Origin: Phycisphaerae bacterium | GTDB lineage: Bacteria; Planctomycetota; Phycisphaerae; SM23-33 | Reading direction: 5' to 3' | Length of the DNA: 32,226 bases | NCBI GenBank assembly: GCA_049510055.1 | Contig: JBEKZI010000017.1 | Coordinates: 1-32,226 of the forward strand | Part shown: positions 9,193-16,663 of the stretch, one piece after another | Layout of the letters: every line of letters starts with the position of its first letter | How positions within the stretch are numbered: the first letter of the stretch is position 1 | Made by a program: the position numbers and the translations under genes | Notes under the pieces: model-generated | The model's database searches: none | Told to the model about the DNA's origin: nothing | Seen by the model: only the letters and a program-made list of their open reading frames with translations

Positions 9193-9473
9193 ACGTCATC
9201 AGCTCACCTGCGGCTTGCCCGGCTCGCCTCGCCACAGCGAGTCGCCGTGGCGACTTGGCAAGCCGCTGCCAGAAACTGTTTCGACCCCGGGAACACGTGC
9301 TCCATTCTACTTCGCTTCCCGCACGTCAGCCGGAAGCCATTCGCCAGTGCCCTCGTCTGTGGCCGACGTTCACGGTGCCAGAGCATGTTGCCGCTTACGG
9401 CGTGCGGCGCTTTGACGTAATATGACCGGCGGCGGCAACAGGCGCCTTTTGGGACTTTCCAGACGGGAAACGC

Positions 9474-11615
9474 ATGCGGGATTTCACCCGATCTTTGAAG
9501 TACCTCTGGCCTTACCGGCTGCGGATAGGTCTGGCCCTGCTCTGCACGCTGGGTATCAGCGTGCTGTGGGCCGGCGGACTGGCTGCGATCCTGCCGGCGG
9601 CCAAGGTGCTGATGTCTTCCGAGGGCCTGCACGGCTGGGTGTACAGGCTGGCGGCCTCGGACCGCCTGGGCGTGGACCTGGTCTCGTACTTGCCCCCCGA
9701 GCGCACCCAACTCCAGGGCCAGCAGCTCTCTTGGGTGGTGGCGGTGGGGCAGCCCCATCGTTCGCACCGCAACGCCGGCGCCCTGCTGCCGGGCCAGTGG
9801 GTGGTGGGTCTGGAGGATGGCGACGTCGCTCACCGGTTTCTGCGGGCGGATGCACTGCTGCGGCTGCTGGCGATGCAGCAGCCGGATCGGCGGATCACGC
9901 TTCGCGTATGCCGGTCGGACAGCGACCAGATTACGCTGTTGCCTGTGGTGACAAGCACGTTGACCCTGTCGACCCAAGCGATGCTTTGGCTGACCCGGCG
10001 CTTTCCCGAGCCGCGGACCTTCGCGGACCGCTTCCCGATCCTGTTGACGCTGCTGGTCTTCGGGATCGTCATCAGCATCCTGCGCGACGCCCTGCGGATT
10101 CTTCAGGAATTCCTGTCCAGCTCGGCGGTGTGGTACGCGGTGAATGACATCCGCAACGACAACTACAACGTGGCCCTGCGTCTGCCGGTGGGCTATTACG
10201 CCAAGCACGGGACCGCCGACGCGATCAGCCGTTTCACCTATGACGTGGGTATGCTGGCCCGGGGGCTCATCACGTTGCTGAGCAAGACGCTGGTGGAGCC
10301 CGCCAAGGCGTTGGCGACGCTGGCCCTGGCGCTCATCCTGTCCTGGAAGCTGACCCTGATCGCCCTGATCGCCGGTCCGCCGGCATTCCTGGCCATTCGC
10401 CGGCTGGGGCGGGCGATGCGACGCGTTTCGCGCCAGGCGATGCTGAGCATGTCCCAAATGCTGGAGGTGCTGGAGGAGACGCTCGGCGGCATCCGAGTGG
10501 TCAAGGCCTACACCATGGAGAATCGCGAGCGCCGGCGGTTCCTGCGGGTCAACCACCAGTTGCTCCGCCAGAACCTCAAGGTGTTCTTTGTGGAAGCGTT
10601 GACGGCCCCGATCGTGGAGGCGCTGGGGATCACCGCGGCCATGGCCGCCGTAGCCGTGGCGGGATACTGGGTGCTCCACAATCAGCACGACTTGGACGCC
10701 GAGAAGTTCCTGGCGTTGATGGCGTGCCTGGTGGCGATGTTCGACCCGATTCGCAAGCTCTCGTCCGTTTCGACCGTCTTTCACGCCTCGGACGCCGCCG
10801 CGGCGCGGATCAGGGAACTGCACGATGCGCCGCAGGAAGTCACGTCGCCCGGGGCGCCCAGTCTGCCGCGCCACCGGCGCAGCATCGAGTTCCGCCACGT
10901 CAGTTTCCGCTACGACGGGACGAGCGATGACGCCCTTCGCGACGTCAACCTGACTATCCGGGCCGGCGAGAACGTAGCCATCGTCGGGCCCAACGGTTCG
11001 GGCAAGACCACGCTGGTGTCGATGCTCCCGCGATTGTTGGACCCCACGACCGGCCAGGTGCTCATTGATGGGACGGACATCGCGCGGTGCTCTTTGCGGT
11101 CGTTGCGGCGGCAGATCGGGCTGGTGACGCAGGACGCCGTACTTTTCCACGCCACGATCGAGGAGAACATCTCCTACGGTCTGCACCGTTCGCAGCCCGA
11201 CAAGACCCGCCGCGCGGCCGAGCGGGCCTACGTGGACGAATTCATCCGGAAACTGCCCGAAGGATACGGCACCCTTGTGGGCCCCCATGGAGCGACGCTC
11301 TCGGGCGGGGAGAAGCAGCGGATCAGTATCGCTCGTGCCATCCTGCGCGACCCGGCTATCCTCATCTTTGACGAGGCGATGAGCCAGATCGACTCCGATT
11401 CGGAGCACCGGATTCAGCAAGCGATGCAGGAGTTCTCACGTGGCCGGACGACGCTGATCGTCGCGCACCGCTTTGCGACGGTGCTGGCCGCCGGCCGCAT
11501 TGTGGTGATGCAGGCGGGGCGGATTCAGGACAGCGGCACGCACGACGAGTTGATGAGCCGCTGTGAACTCTATCGACACCTCTACGCCACTCAGTTCATC
11601 GCCACGGGCGGCTAG
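9474..11615 (+). CDS. ABC exporter (fused permease/ATPase, MsbA/McjD-like) with a large insertion between TM1 and TM2
   Basis: 713 aa with Walker A GPNGSGKTT, signature LSGGEKQR, Walker B ILIFDEA and an H-loop region VAHR. The N-terminal six-helix exporter domain has about 135 extra residues after the first helix. Confidence 0.9.
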   Translation: MRDFTRSLKYLWPYRLRIGLALLCTLGISVLWAGGLAAILPAAKVLMSSEGLHGWVYRLAASDRLGVDLVSYLPPERTQLQGQQLSWVVAVGQPHRSHRNAGALLPGQWVVGLEDGDVAHRFLRADALLRLLAMQQPDRRITLRVCRSDSDQITLLPVVTSTLTLSTQAMLWLTRRFPEPRTFADRFPILLTLLVFGIVISILRDALRILQEFLSSSAVWYAVNDIRNDNYNVALRLPVGYYAKHGTADAISRFTYDVGMLARGLITLLSKTLVEPAKALATLALALILSWKLTLIALIAGPPAFLAIRRLGRAMRRVSRQAMLSMSQMLEVLEETLGGIRVVKAYTMENRERRRFLRVNHQLLRQNLKVFFVEALTAPIVEALGITAAMAAVAVAGYWVLHNQHDLDAEKFLALMACLVAMFDPIRKLSSVSTVFHASDAAAARIRELHDAPQEVTSPGAPSLPRHRRSIEFRHVSFRYDGTSDDALRDVNLTIRAGENVAIVGPNGSGKTTLVSMLPRLLDPTTGQVLIDGTDIARCSLRSLRRQIGLVTQDAVLFHATIEENISYGLHRSQPDKTRRAAERAYVDEFIRKLPEGYGTLVGPHGATLSGGEKQRISIARAILRDPAILIFDEAMSQIDSDSEHRIQQAMQEFSRGRTTLIVAHRFATVLAAGRIVVMQAGRIQDSGTHDELMSRCELYRHLYATQFIATGG

Positions 11616-11715
11616 TGACCTTCGCCTTGCCCATGCCATCCGCCGGCGGCCAATGGCCCTGTGTTTCCGGACTGATGCCCCCGGTCTCTCGGAATGCCGA
11701 TGGGGAACCCCCCCC

Positions 11716-13179
11716 CTACCAGGGCACGCGCAGGGCCCGGAGGGGATGCCGCAGGACGAACCGGGCCAGCTTGCGGCGCATCGCCCGCCGGACGGCGAGA
11801 TCCCCTGACGGGGTATCGCGAAGGTAGGCCCACCGCATCTGCGGTTTGACGGTGTACTTCAGGAACCTCCGGTAGGCGCGGTTGAGCTCCTCATCCGACA
11901 TGGCCGTGAGGTTCACCGACGGGCCCGGCACTTCGAAGTAGGAAAGGCTTCCCCAGGTCAGAGTGCTCCGCTCTTGTGGACTGAGGTCCTGGTAGATCGG
12001 CGTGCCGGGCAGCGGGAAAAGCCGGCCGGCGGCGATGATCTCGGGTCTGGCCTGGCGCAGGAACTTGACGGTCTGGTTCAAATCCCATGCCGTTTCGCCG
12101 GGCAGACCTACCATGATGTCGGCGAAGATGCGCAGGCCCGCCTGGCGGGTCAGCAAGACGGCCCGGCGGTTGAGCTCGGCGGTGGCGTTCTTGCCCAGCC
12201 GGCGCAGCGCGTCGCTTGAACCGCTCTCAAAGCCGTACTCCACCTGGATGCACCCGGCCGATTTCATCTGATTCAGCAGCTCGCTGTCCGCTTGGTCCAC
12301 ACGCAGGCAGGCGTCCCATTGGAGCTGTTGGTGCAGGCCGGCGCGTCGGATCTGCTCGCAGAGCTCCAGCAGCCGCGAACGGTCGGCCCCCAGCGTGTCA
12401 TCCTCAAAGTGGATGGCCTCGACGCCGAACCGCCGGCGAGCAACCTGCATCTGCTCGATGACGTACGGAATGGAATGGAACCGCACGCCGACGCCGGAAA
12501 TCAAGTGCCCGGCGCAGAAGCGGCAGCGATTCGTGCAGCCGCGACTGGTGCGAATGTTGATCGCGGCGAGCTTGAGCCAGCGGATCAGGAATCGCCCTGG
12601 CGAGGTGTAGTAATCCATGCCGAATAGGTCGTAGGCGGGCGGTCCCAGGGTGTCCAGGTCCGTTACCGGCGGGCGGTCGGGCGTGCGGACGATGCCGCCG
12701 GCGGTGCGGAAGGCGATTCCCCGCACCGCTGGGCCGGGCCCGCCCTCGGCCAGCTCTCGCAGGGTGATTTCGCCCTCCCCGATGACGGCGACGTCGATCT
12801 GGGGACACTCCTGGAGCAGATGCTCGGGCAGGGCGGTGGGGTGCGGGCCGCCGGCCACTACCAGCGTCGCCGGGCCGCAGATCGTCTTGGCGTCCTGGGC
12901 CGCGAGTTGCCCTTCGGGCACACCCGGGGTTACCAGGGACAGTCCGACTATTTGCGGCTGGAACTCCTGCATCAATGTCTGCAGACTCGCCCGAGCGGCC
13001 GGCCAGTCAAAGCCGTTGCGCACCAACTGTTCCTCGGCGACGTACACCTTGACCTCATGGCCGCTGCGTCTCAGGACGGTCGCGATGCAGGCGATGCCAG
13101 TGGGCACCCATTGGGATCGAAAGATCCCTCGGGGCCAATCGGAGCGAGGAGGCGCGGGATAGACCAGCAGGATTTTCAT
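11716..13179 (-). CDS. B12-binding-domain radical SAM enzyme
   Basis: 487 aa from MKILLVYPAPP. The N-terminus looks like a cobalamin-binding Rossmann-like domain (IVGLSLVTPG ... VVAGGPHPT). The radical SAM cluster motif is RGCTNRCRFCAG (CxxxCxxC). Its start overlaps the upstream gene's stop in an ATGA junction (13176-13179). Confidence 0.9.
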   Translation of the reverse strand: MKILLVYPAPPRSDWPRGIFRSQWVPTGIACIATVLRRSGHEVKVYVAEEQLVRNGFDWPAARASLQTLMQEFQPQIVGLSLVTPGVPEGQLAAQDAKTICGPATLVVAGGPHPTALPEHLLQECPQIDVAVIGEGEITLRELAEGGPGPAVRGIAFRTAGGIVRTPDRPPVTDLDTLGPPAYDLFGMDYYTSPGRFLIRWLKLAAINIRTSRGCTNRCRFCAGHLISGVGVRFHSIPYVIEQMQVARRRFGVEAIHFEDDTLGADRSRLLELCEQIRRAGLHQQLQWDACLRVDQADSELLNQMKSAGCIQVEYGFESGSSDALRRLGKNATAELNRRAVLLTRQAGLRIFADIMVGLPGETAWDLNQTVKFLRQARPEIIAAGRLFPLPGTPIYQDLSPQERSTLTWGSLSYFEVPGPSVNLTAMSDEELNRAYRRFLKYTVKPQMRWAYLRDTPSGDLAVRRAMRRKLARFVLRHPLRALRVPW

Positions 13180-14090
13180 CTGGATTTCAACGTACTCCGG
13201 AACCATTGCCGGCGGAATGAGTCGCGCCGAGCGTGTCCGCGCAGGACGACGCCGCGGCTCAGTGCCAGGCGGCTTAACCAAGGGGGCCGGGACAGGCCCA
13301 GACGCCGCGCTAACTCGCGGCAGCGGCTCTCGCCCAGCAGCTTATAGGCCAGCCACAGGCCCATCGCAACCGCCTTGGCCGCCCCGGTGCGGGCCAGGGC
13401 GTCCTTCAGCCAGGCCTCGTCCAGTCCACCGGCCGCTTGACGAACCGCCAGCGTGAGGTCCACCAGCGGTTGCAGGCGATCGAAACTGTGGCTGGCGGCG
13501 CCGTGGACCGCCGCGATCAGGATCGTCCCGGCCGGGCTGGGATGGGGCAGAGGATCGGCTGGAGTCAGTTGCAGGTCCTCGAAGCTCACCGACACGCCGC
13601 GCCGCAAGGTGGGAGAGTTCACCAGGTTGGTGTGCACCTCCACGTGGCCGGCTGATCGCTGGGGCCGATGCCAGACCTCCTCCCCGTAACCCAGGGGGTG
13701 CTTCATGGCGACGACGACCGGCCGGTATCCCAGGTGCTCCATCCGGGGGCGTGTCGCGGCCAGCGCCGACTGCGGGATCAGCAGGTCCACGTCGGTGAAA
13801 GACCTCAGCGACGGGTGAGGATAGAGGCGATCGGCGAAATCGTAACCCTTCAGGACGATCACCGGCAAAGCAGCTTGGCGGAAGTCCTGGGTGATCTCGT
13901 GAGCCTGCTGCCGCAGCGCCAGGCACAGGCCTGTTCGTTGAAGGATCATGCCTGGGACGGATTCCCACAACGCCTGCGCCTTATCATCCCCGTTCCACAA
14001 CACCTGGCCGCGATCCGCCAGGCGGTGGATGTTGGACGCGACCGCCGGCAACACGCCGTGACGATCCGCCAGATCCAGCAGGAGTTTCAT
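13176..14090 (-). CDS. Nucleotidyltransferase-family protein (NTP_transf_5-like), of the type found as a tailoring gene in lasso peptide clusters
   Basis: 304 aa from MKLLLDLADRHGVLP (a TTG at 14105 is an alternative start). The region VIVLKGYDFADRLYPHPSLRSFTDVDLLIP resembles the uncharacterised nucleotidyltransferase family. The call rests partly on context (kinase, PqqD, B2). Confidence 0.65.
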   Translation of the reverse strand: MKLLLDLADRHGVLPAVASNIHRLADRGQVLWNGDDKAQALWESVPGMILQRTGLCLALRQQAHEITQDFRQAALPVIVLKGYDFADRLYPHPSLRSFTDVDLLIPQSALAATRPRMEHLGYRPVVVAMKHPLGYGEEVWHRPQRSAGHVEVHTNLVNSPTLRRGVSVSFEDLQLTPADPLPHPSPAGTILIAAVHGAASHSFDRLQPLVDLTLAVRQAAGGLDEAWLKDALARTGAAKAVAMGLWLAYKLLGESRCRELARRLGLSRPPWLSRLALSRGVVLRGHARRDSFRRQWFRSTLKSR

Positions 14091-14184
14091 CTGTTCCCCC
14101 CGCAAGGGAGCGACCGTGACCGGTATGTCGCGCCCGAGGGGATCGGCCAGTGCCGCCAGAATGGAATAGATCGGCTTCAGAGGT

Positions 14185-15168
14185 TCACCTCAGCAGCGAC
14201 GTGACCAGCGCCCCAAGCTCTTGGAGGCGAGGGCCAAGGCTCACCTCGTACGTGTCGCTCGTGCGAACCAGCTCAGCCATGGCCGCGAACGCCCGCCCGT
14301 CGCTGCCCTCGCGGTGCTTCTCGTACGCACGCACGTTCTCGTTGACCAATCGGACCAGAGCGCGGGTTTTGTCCAGGGGATGCACCTGATGCTGCCAGGG
14401 ATTGTGGGGATTGAGGAAAAGGATCAGCCCCGCCGAGGCGGCCACGCGGGTGGTCGGCGCCGCGGCCGGCCGCACATCCACCAGCACCTCATCGTTTCCG
14501 ATGTGGCCCCTGTGAGGCAGTCCTGCCAGCCACGGCAGCATCTGAATCGTTTGGCGGTGGACCTTGCAGGGGAAGCGAAGGCCCCAGAGCTGCGCATCGT
14601 GGTGCGGCGTGGCCGGGCTGAAGAACGTGATGTCGTCGGCCAGCAGGCTGAAGCCTTCGCCGGCCAGGCCCAGGGCCGTGGTGGTCTTTCCCCTCCCGCT
14701 GAGGCCGGAGATGAGCACGGCCCGTCGCTGCGGCGGACGATCCAGGAACAGGCTGGCGGCGTGGATGACGTAGTGCCCCTGGTCGTTGAGGATGTCGCAG
14801 AGCCACGGCAGGACGCACGCCTCCAGCAGGCACCTTTCGGCCCCGGGCCGGACGACGAACTCCGCCCGCCCCGCCGACAAGTCCACGTCGGCCGTGGCTT
14901 GGTCGATCACCTCGGTTTGGCGTCTTCGCGGATTGCAGCGGAAGATGATTCGACTTCCGTTAGGCAGCGAACCCCGCCAGAATTCCGGCAGGTCCGTCAG
15001 GGCAGGCAAGTGCTGCGCGTAGCGAATGCGGAGGCAAAACGCCCCGTCGCCCGGCTGGGCGGCATAGGCGCCAATGGCGGCCTGCACGGGGGCGAGCAGC
15101 GCCGGGTCGTCCGCCTCGACGGCGATGCGTTCGCCATGAACGTCGAAATGGGCTTGGACGGAACACAT
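14185..15168 (-). CDS. HPr-kinase-like P-loop kinase (HprK-related / lasso-peptide-kinase-like)
   Basis: 327 aa. The region HAASLFLDRPPQRRAVLISGLSGRGKTTTALGLAGEGFSLLADD has the HprK C-terminal-domain P-loop architecture. No obvious SD precedes the ATG at 15168. Confidence 0.7.
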   Translation of the reverse strand: MCSVQAHFDVHGERIAVEADDPALLAPVQAAIGAYAAQPGDGAFCLRIRYAQHLPALTDLPEFWRGSLPNGSRIIFRCNPRRRQTEVIDQATADVDLSAGRAEFVVRPGAERCLLEACVLPWLCDILNDQGHYVIHAASLFLDRPPQRRAVLISGLSGRGKTTTALGLAGEGFSLLADDITFFSPATPHHDAQLWGLRFPCKVHRQTIQMLPWLAGLPHRGHIGNDEVLVDVRPAAAPTTRVAASAGLILFLNPHNPWQHQVHPLDKTRALVRLVNENVRAYEKHREGSDGRAFAAMAELVRTSDTYEVSLGPRLQELGALVTSLLR

Positions 15169-15305
15169 AACGTGGATACTAAAAGCAAGGAGCAGAATAC
15201 ACTGCCCCTTGCTTTCGCCGCCATACGGATTTTTGTGTCAAATGGGTTTAGACCGGTACGCTCCCGTCCGCGGCCGAGCCGGTTGCGACGCCTGAAACGC
15301 CCCCC

Positions 15306-15374
15306 CGTTACATCCGAAAGCTGCTCACGCTTCTGAAACGTTGGCTGAGAAGAGGGCTTCTGGGGCGTTTCTAC
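15306..15374 (-). pseudogene. Decayed ninth copy of the family-2 precursor leader
   Basis: It reads (GTA)VETPQKPSSQPTFQKREQLSDVT, aligned against MKTKKPYSPPTLQKRDKLSDMT. The ATG is replaced by GTA, the motif Tyr is lost and the SD is weakened (GGGAAAGC). No stop follows until the frame runs into the kinase gene. Confidence 0.4.
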
Positions 15375-15416
15375 GCTTTCCCTAACCCGATACCGTGGCG
15401 AAGCCGCACTGTCTAT

Positions 15417-15518
15417 TTAAAAGGGCCCCCCTGAGCCGCGGACCGGGCTTTGAGTCGTATCCGAGAGCTTTTCGCGCTTCTGGAGCGTTGGCGGAGAATA
15501 GGGTTTCTTCGTTTTCAT
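15417..15518 (-). CDS. RiPP precursor peptide, family 2, copy H (33 aa): MKTKKPYSPPTLQKREKLSDTTQ|SPVRGSGGPF
   Basis: My own translation of the minus strand. GAAGGAGAT SD lies 5 nt before the ATG at 15518 and TAA at 15419-15417. It has the lasso-type leader YxxPxLx3Ex5Tx. It is below the ORF-track size cutoff. Confidence 0.75.
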   Translation of the reverse strand: MKTKKPYSPPTLQKREKLSDTTQSPVRGSGGPF

Positions 15519-15562
15519 GCGATCTCCTTCAACCGGCACTGTGGCGACGCCGCACTGCCCGC

Positions 15563-15667
15563 TTAACGCCTAGCGCCCGAGGTGATGGAGGGACCGCCTT
15601 GAGTCATATCTGAGAGCTTGTCCCGCTTTTGGAGCGTCGGCGGAGAATAGGGCTTCTTCGTTTTCAT
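15563..15667 (-). CDS. RiPP precursor peptide, family 2, copy G (34 aa): MKTKKPYSPPTLQKRDKLSDMTQ|GGPSITSGARR
   Basis: My own translation. ATG at 15667 with upstream GAAAGAGCT, and TAA at 15565-15563. The leader is identical to copies E and F. Confidence 0.75.
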   Translation of the reverse strand: MKTKKPYSPPTLQKRDKLSDMTQGGPSITSGARR

Positions 15668-15712
15668 GCGAGCTCTTTCAGCCGGCATCGTGGCGACGCC
15701 GCAGAAGCCTAC

Positions 15713-15826
15713 TTAACCCGTACCATCCCTAGCGCCTGAGGTGATGGGGGGACTACCTTGAGTCATATCTGAGAGCTTGTCCCGCTTCTGGAGCGTAGGC
15801 GGAGAATAGGGCTTCTTCGTTTTCAT
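15713..15826 (-). CDS. RiPP precursor peptide, family 2, copy F (37 aa): MKTKKPYSPPTLQKRDKLSDMTQ|GSPPITSGARDGTG
   Basis: My own translation. ATG at 15826 and TAA at 15715-15713. The repeat unit is conserved with E and G, and the differences concentrate in the core. Confidence 0.75.
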   Translation of the reverse strand: MKTKKPYSPPTLQKRDKLSDMTQGSPPITSGARDGTG

Positions 15827-15871
15827 GCGAGCTCTTTCAGCCGGCACCGTGGCGACGCCGCAGAAGCCTGC

Positions 15872-15985
15872 TTAAGCATTACCATCCCTAGCGCCTGAGG
15901 TGATGGGGGGGTCGCCTTGAGTCATATCTGAAAGCTTGTCCCGCTTCTGGAGCGTAGGTGGAGAATAGGGTTTCTTCGTTTTCAT
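15872..15985 (-). CDS. RiPP precursor peptide, family 2, copy E (37 aa): MKTKKPYSPPTLQKRDKLSDMTQ|GDPPITSGARDGNA
   Basis: My own translation. ATG at 15985 preceded by AAAGGAGAT, and TAA at 15874-15872. Confidence 0.75.
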   Translation of the reverse strand: MKTKKPYSPPTLQKRDKLSDMTQGDPPITSGARDGNA

Positions 15986-16030
15986 GCGATCTCCTTTAGC
16001 CAGCACCGTGGCGACGCCGCAGAAGCCTAC

Positions 16031-16141
16031 TTAATCATTAGCATCAACGCCCGAGGTGATGGAGGCCCCGCCTTGAGTCGTATCCGAGAGCTTTTCACGC
16101 TTCTGGAGCGTAGGCGGAGAATAGGGTTTCTTCGTTTGCAT
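16031..16141 (-). CDS. RiPP precursor peptide, family 2, copy D (36 aa): MQTKKPYSPPTLQKREKLSDTTQ|GGASITSGVDAND
   Basis: This is the internal ATG of track ORF 16031-16240, preceded by GAAGGAGAT. The longer track version would overlap copy C. Confidence 0.8.
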   Translation of the reverse strand: MQTKKPYSPPTLQKREKLSDTTQGGASITSGVDAND

Positions 16142-16181
16142 GCAATCTCCTTCAACCGGCACCGTGGCGACGCCGCGTTGG

Positions 16182-16292
16182 TCACGGGGGTGTAGGTGTA
16201 ACCCCGCTGACGCCGTCGGGCACAGCGGTGATGTCGGCAAGCCGCTCCAGCTTCTTCAACACGGGTTTGACATAGGGCTTCTTGGCGTTCAT
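16182..16292 (-). CDS. RiPP precursor peptide, family 1, copy C (36 aa): MNAKKPYVKPVLKKLERLADITA|VPDGVSGVTPTPP
   Basis: This is the internal ATG of track ORF 16182-16364. AAGGA SD lies in a 13-nt spacer after the stop of copy B. Confidence 0.8.
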   Translation of the reverse strand: MNAKKPYVKPVLKKLERLADITAVPDGVSGVTPTPP

Positions 16293-16305
16293 GCGTATTC
16301 CTTGG

Positions 16306-16416
16306 TCACTCGGGTGTAACCCCGCTGACGACGCCGGGCGTACCCTGAGCGGTGATGTCGGCAAGCCGCTCCAGCTTCTTCAACACGGGTTTGGCATAGG
16401 ACTTCTTGGTGTCCAT
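16306..16416 (-). CDS. RiPP precursor peptide, family 1, copy B (36 aa): MDTKKSYAKPVLKKLERLADITA|QGTPGVVSGVTPE
   Basis: This is the internal ATG of track ORF 16306-16488. AAAGGA SD lies in a 13-nt spacer after the stop of copy A. Confidence 0.8.
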   Translation of the reverse strand: MDTKKSYAKPVLKKLERLADITAQGTPGVVSGVTPE

Positions 16417-16429
16417 GCGTATTCCTTTT

Positions 16430-16540
16430 TCAACCGGGTGTAGCCCCACTGACGACGCCGGGCGTGCCCTGAGCGGTGATGTCGGCAAGCCGCTCCAGCT
16501 TCTTCAACACGGGTTTGGCATAAGGCTTCTTGGCGTTCAT
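16430..16540 (-). CDS. RiPP precursor peptide, family 1, copy A (36 aa): MNAKKPYAKPVLKKLERLADITA|QGTPGVVSGATPG
   Basis: This is the internal ATG of track ORF 16430-16663, preceded by GAAAGGAAT. It is the first gene of the tandem array, 106 nt downstream of the B2 gene. Confidence 0.8.
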   Translation of the reverse strand: MNAKKPYAKPVLKKLERLADITAQGTPGVVSGATPG

Positions 16541-16634
16541 GCGTATTCCTTTCGCGTGCGGTCTGCCAAGCACGGAAATACGACCCGTATGAATGAGCGT
16601 CCACCACGTGTGACTTCGGACGAAGCTGGGCGGA

Positions 16635-16663
16635 AACTTAACACAGTTATGGGGCTTGTGCAA
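16635..16663 (-). promoter_or_regulatory. Weak candidate internal promoter for the precursor array
   Basis: Minus strand reads TTGCAC (16663-16658), a 17-nt spacer, then TAAGTT (16640-16635). It straddles the B2 stop codon and matches sigma70 consensus only partially. Confidence 0.2.

Noticed and set aside
15290-16610. Regularly spaced 124-159-nt repeats that could be taken for a CRISPR array or non-coding tandem repeat
   Set aside because: Each unit contains an SD plus ATG and an intact 33-37 codon frame with a conserved leader. The variable parts are in-frame core codons, not spacers between short palindromic repeats. No cas genes are present.
16031-16663. 60-77-aa versions of the precursor ORFs as listed in the track
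   Set aside because: The long versions start inside the preceding precursor gene and lack an SD. Internal ATGs with AAGGA or GAAGGAG SDs give a consistent 36-aa family aligned at Y7, P10, L12 and T22.
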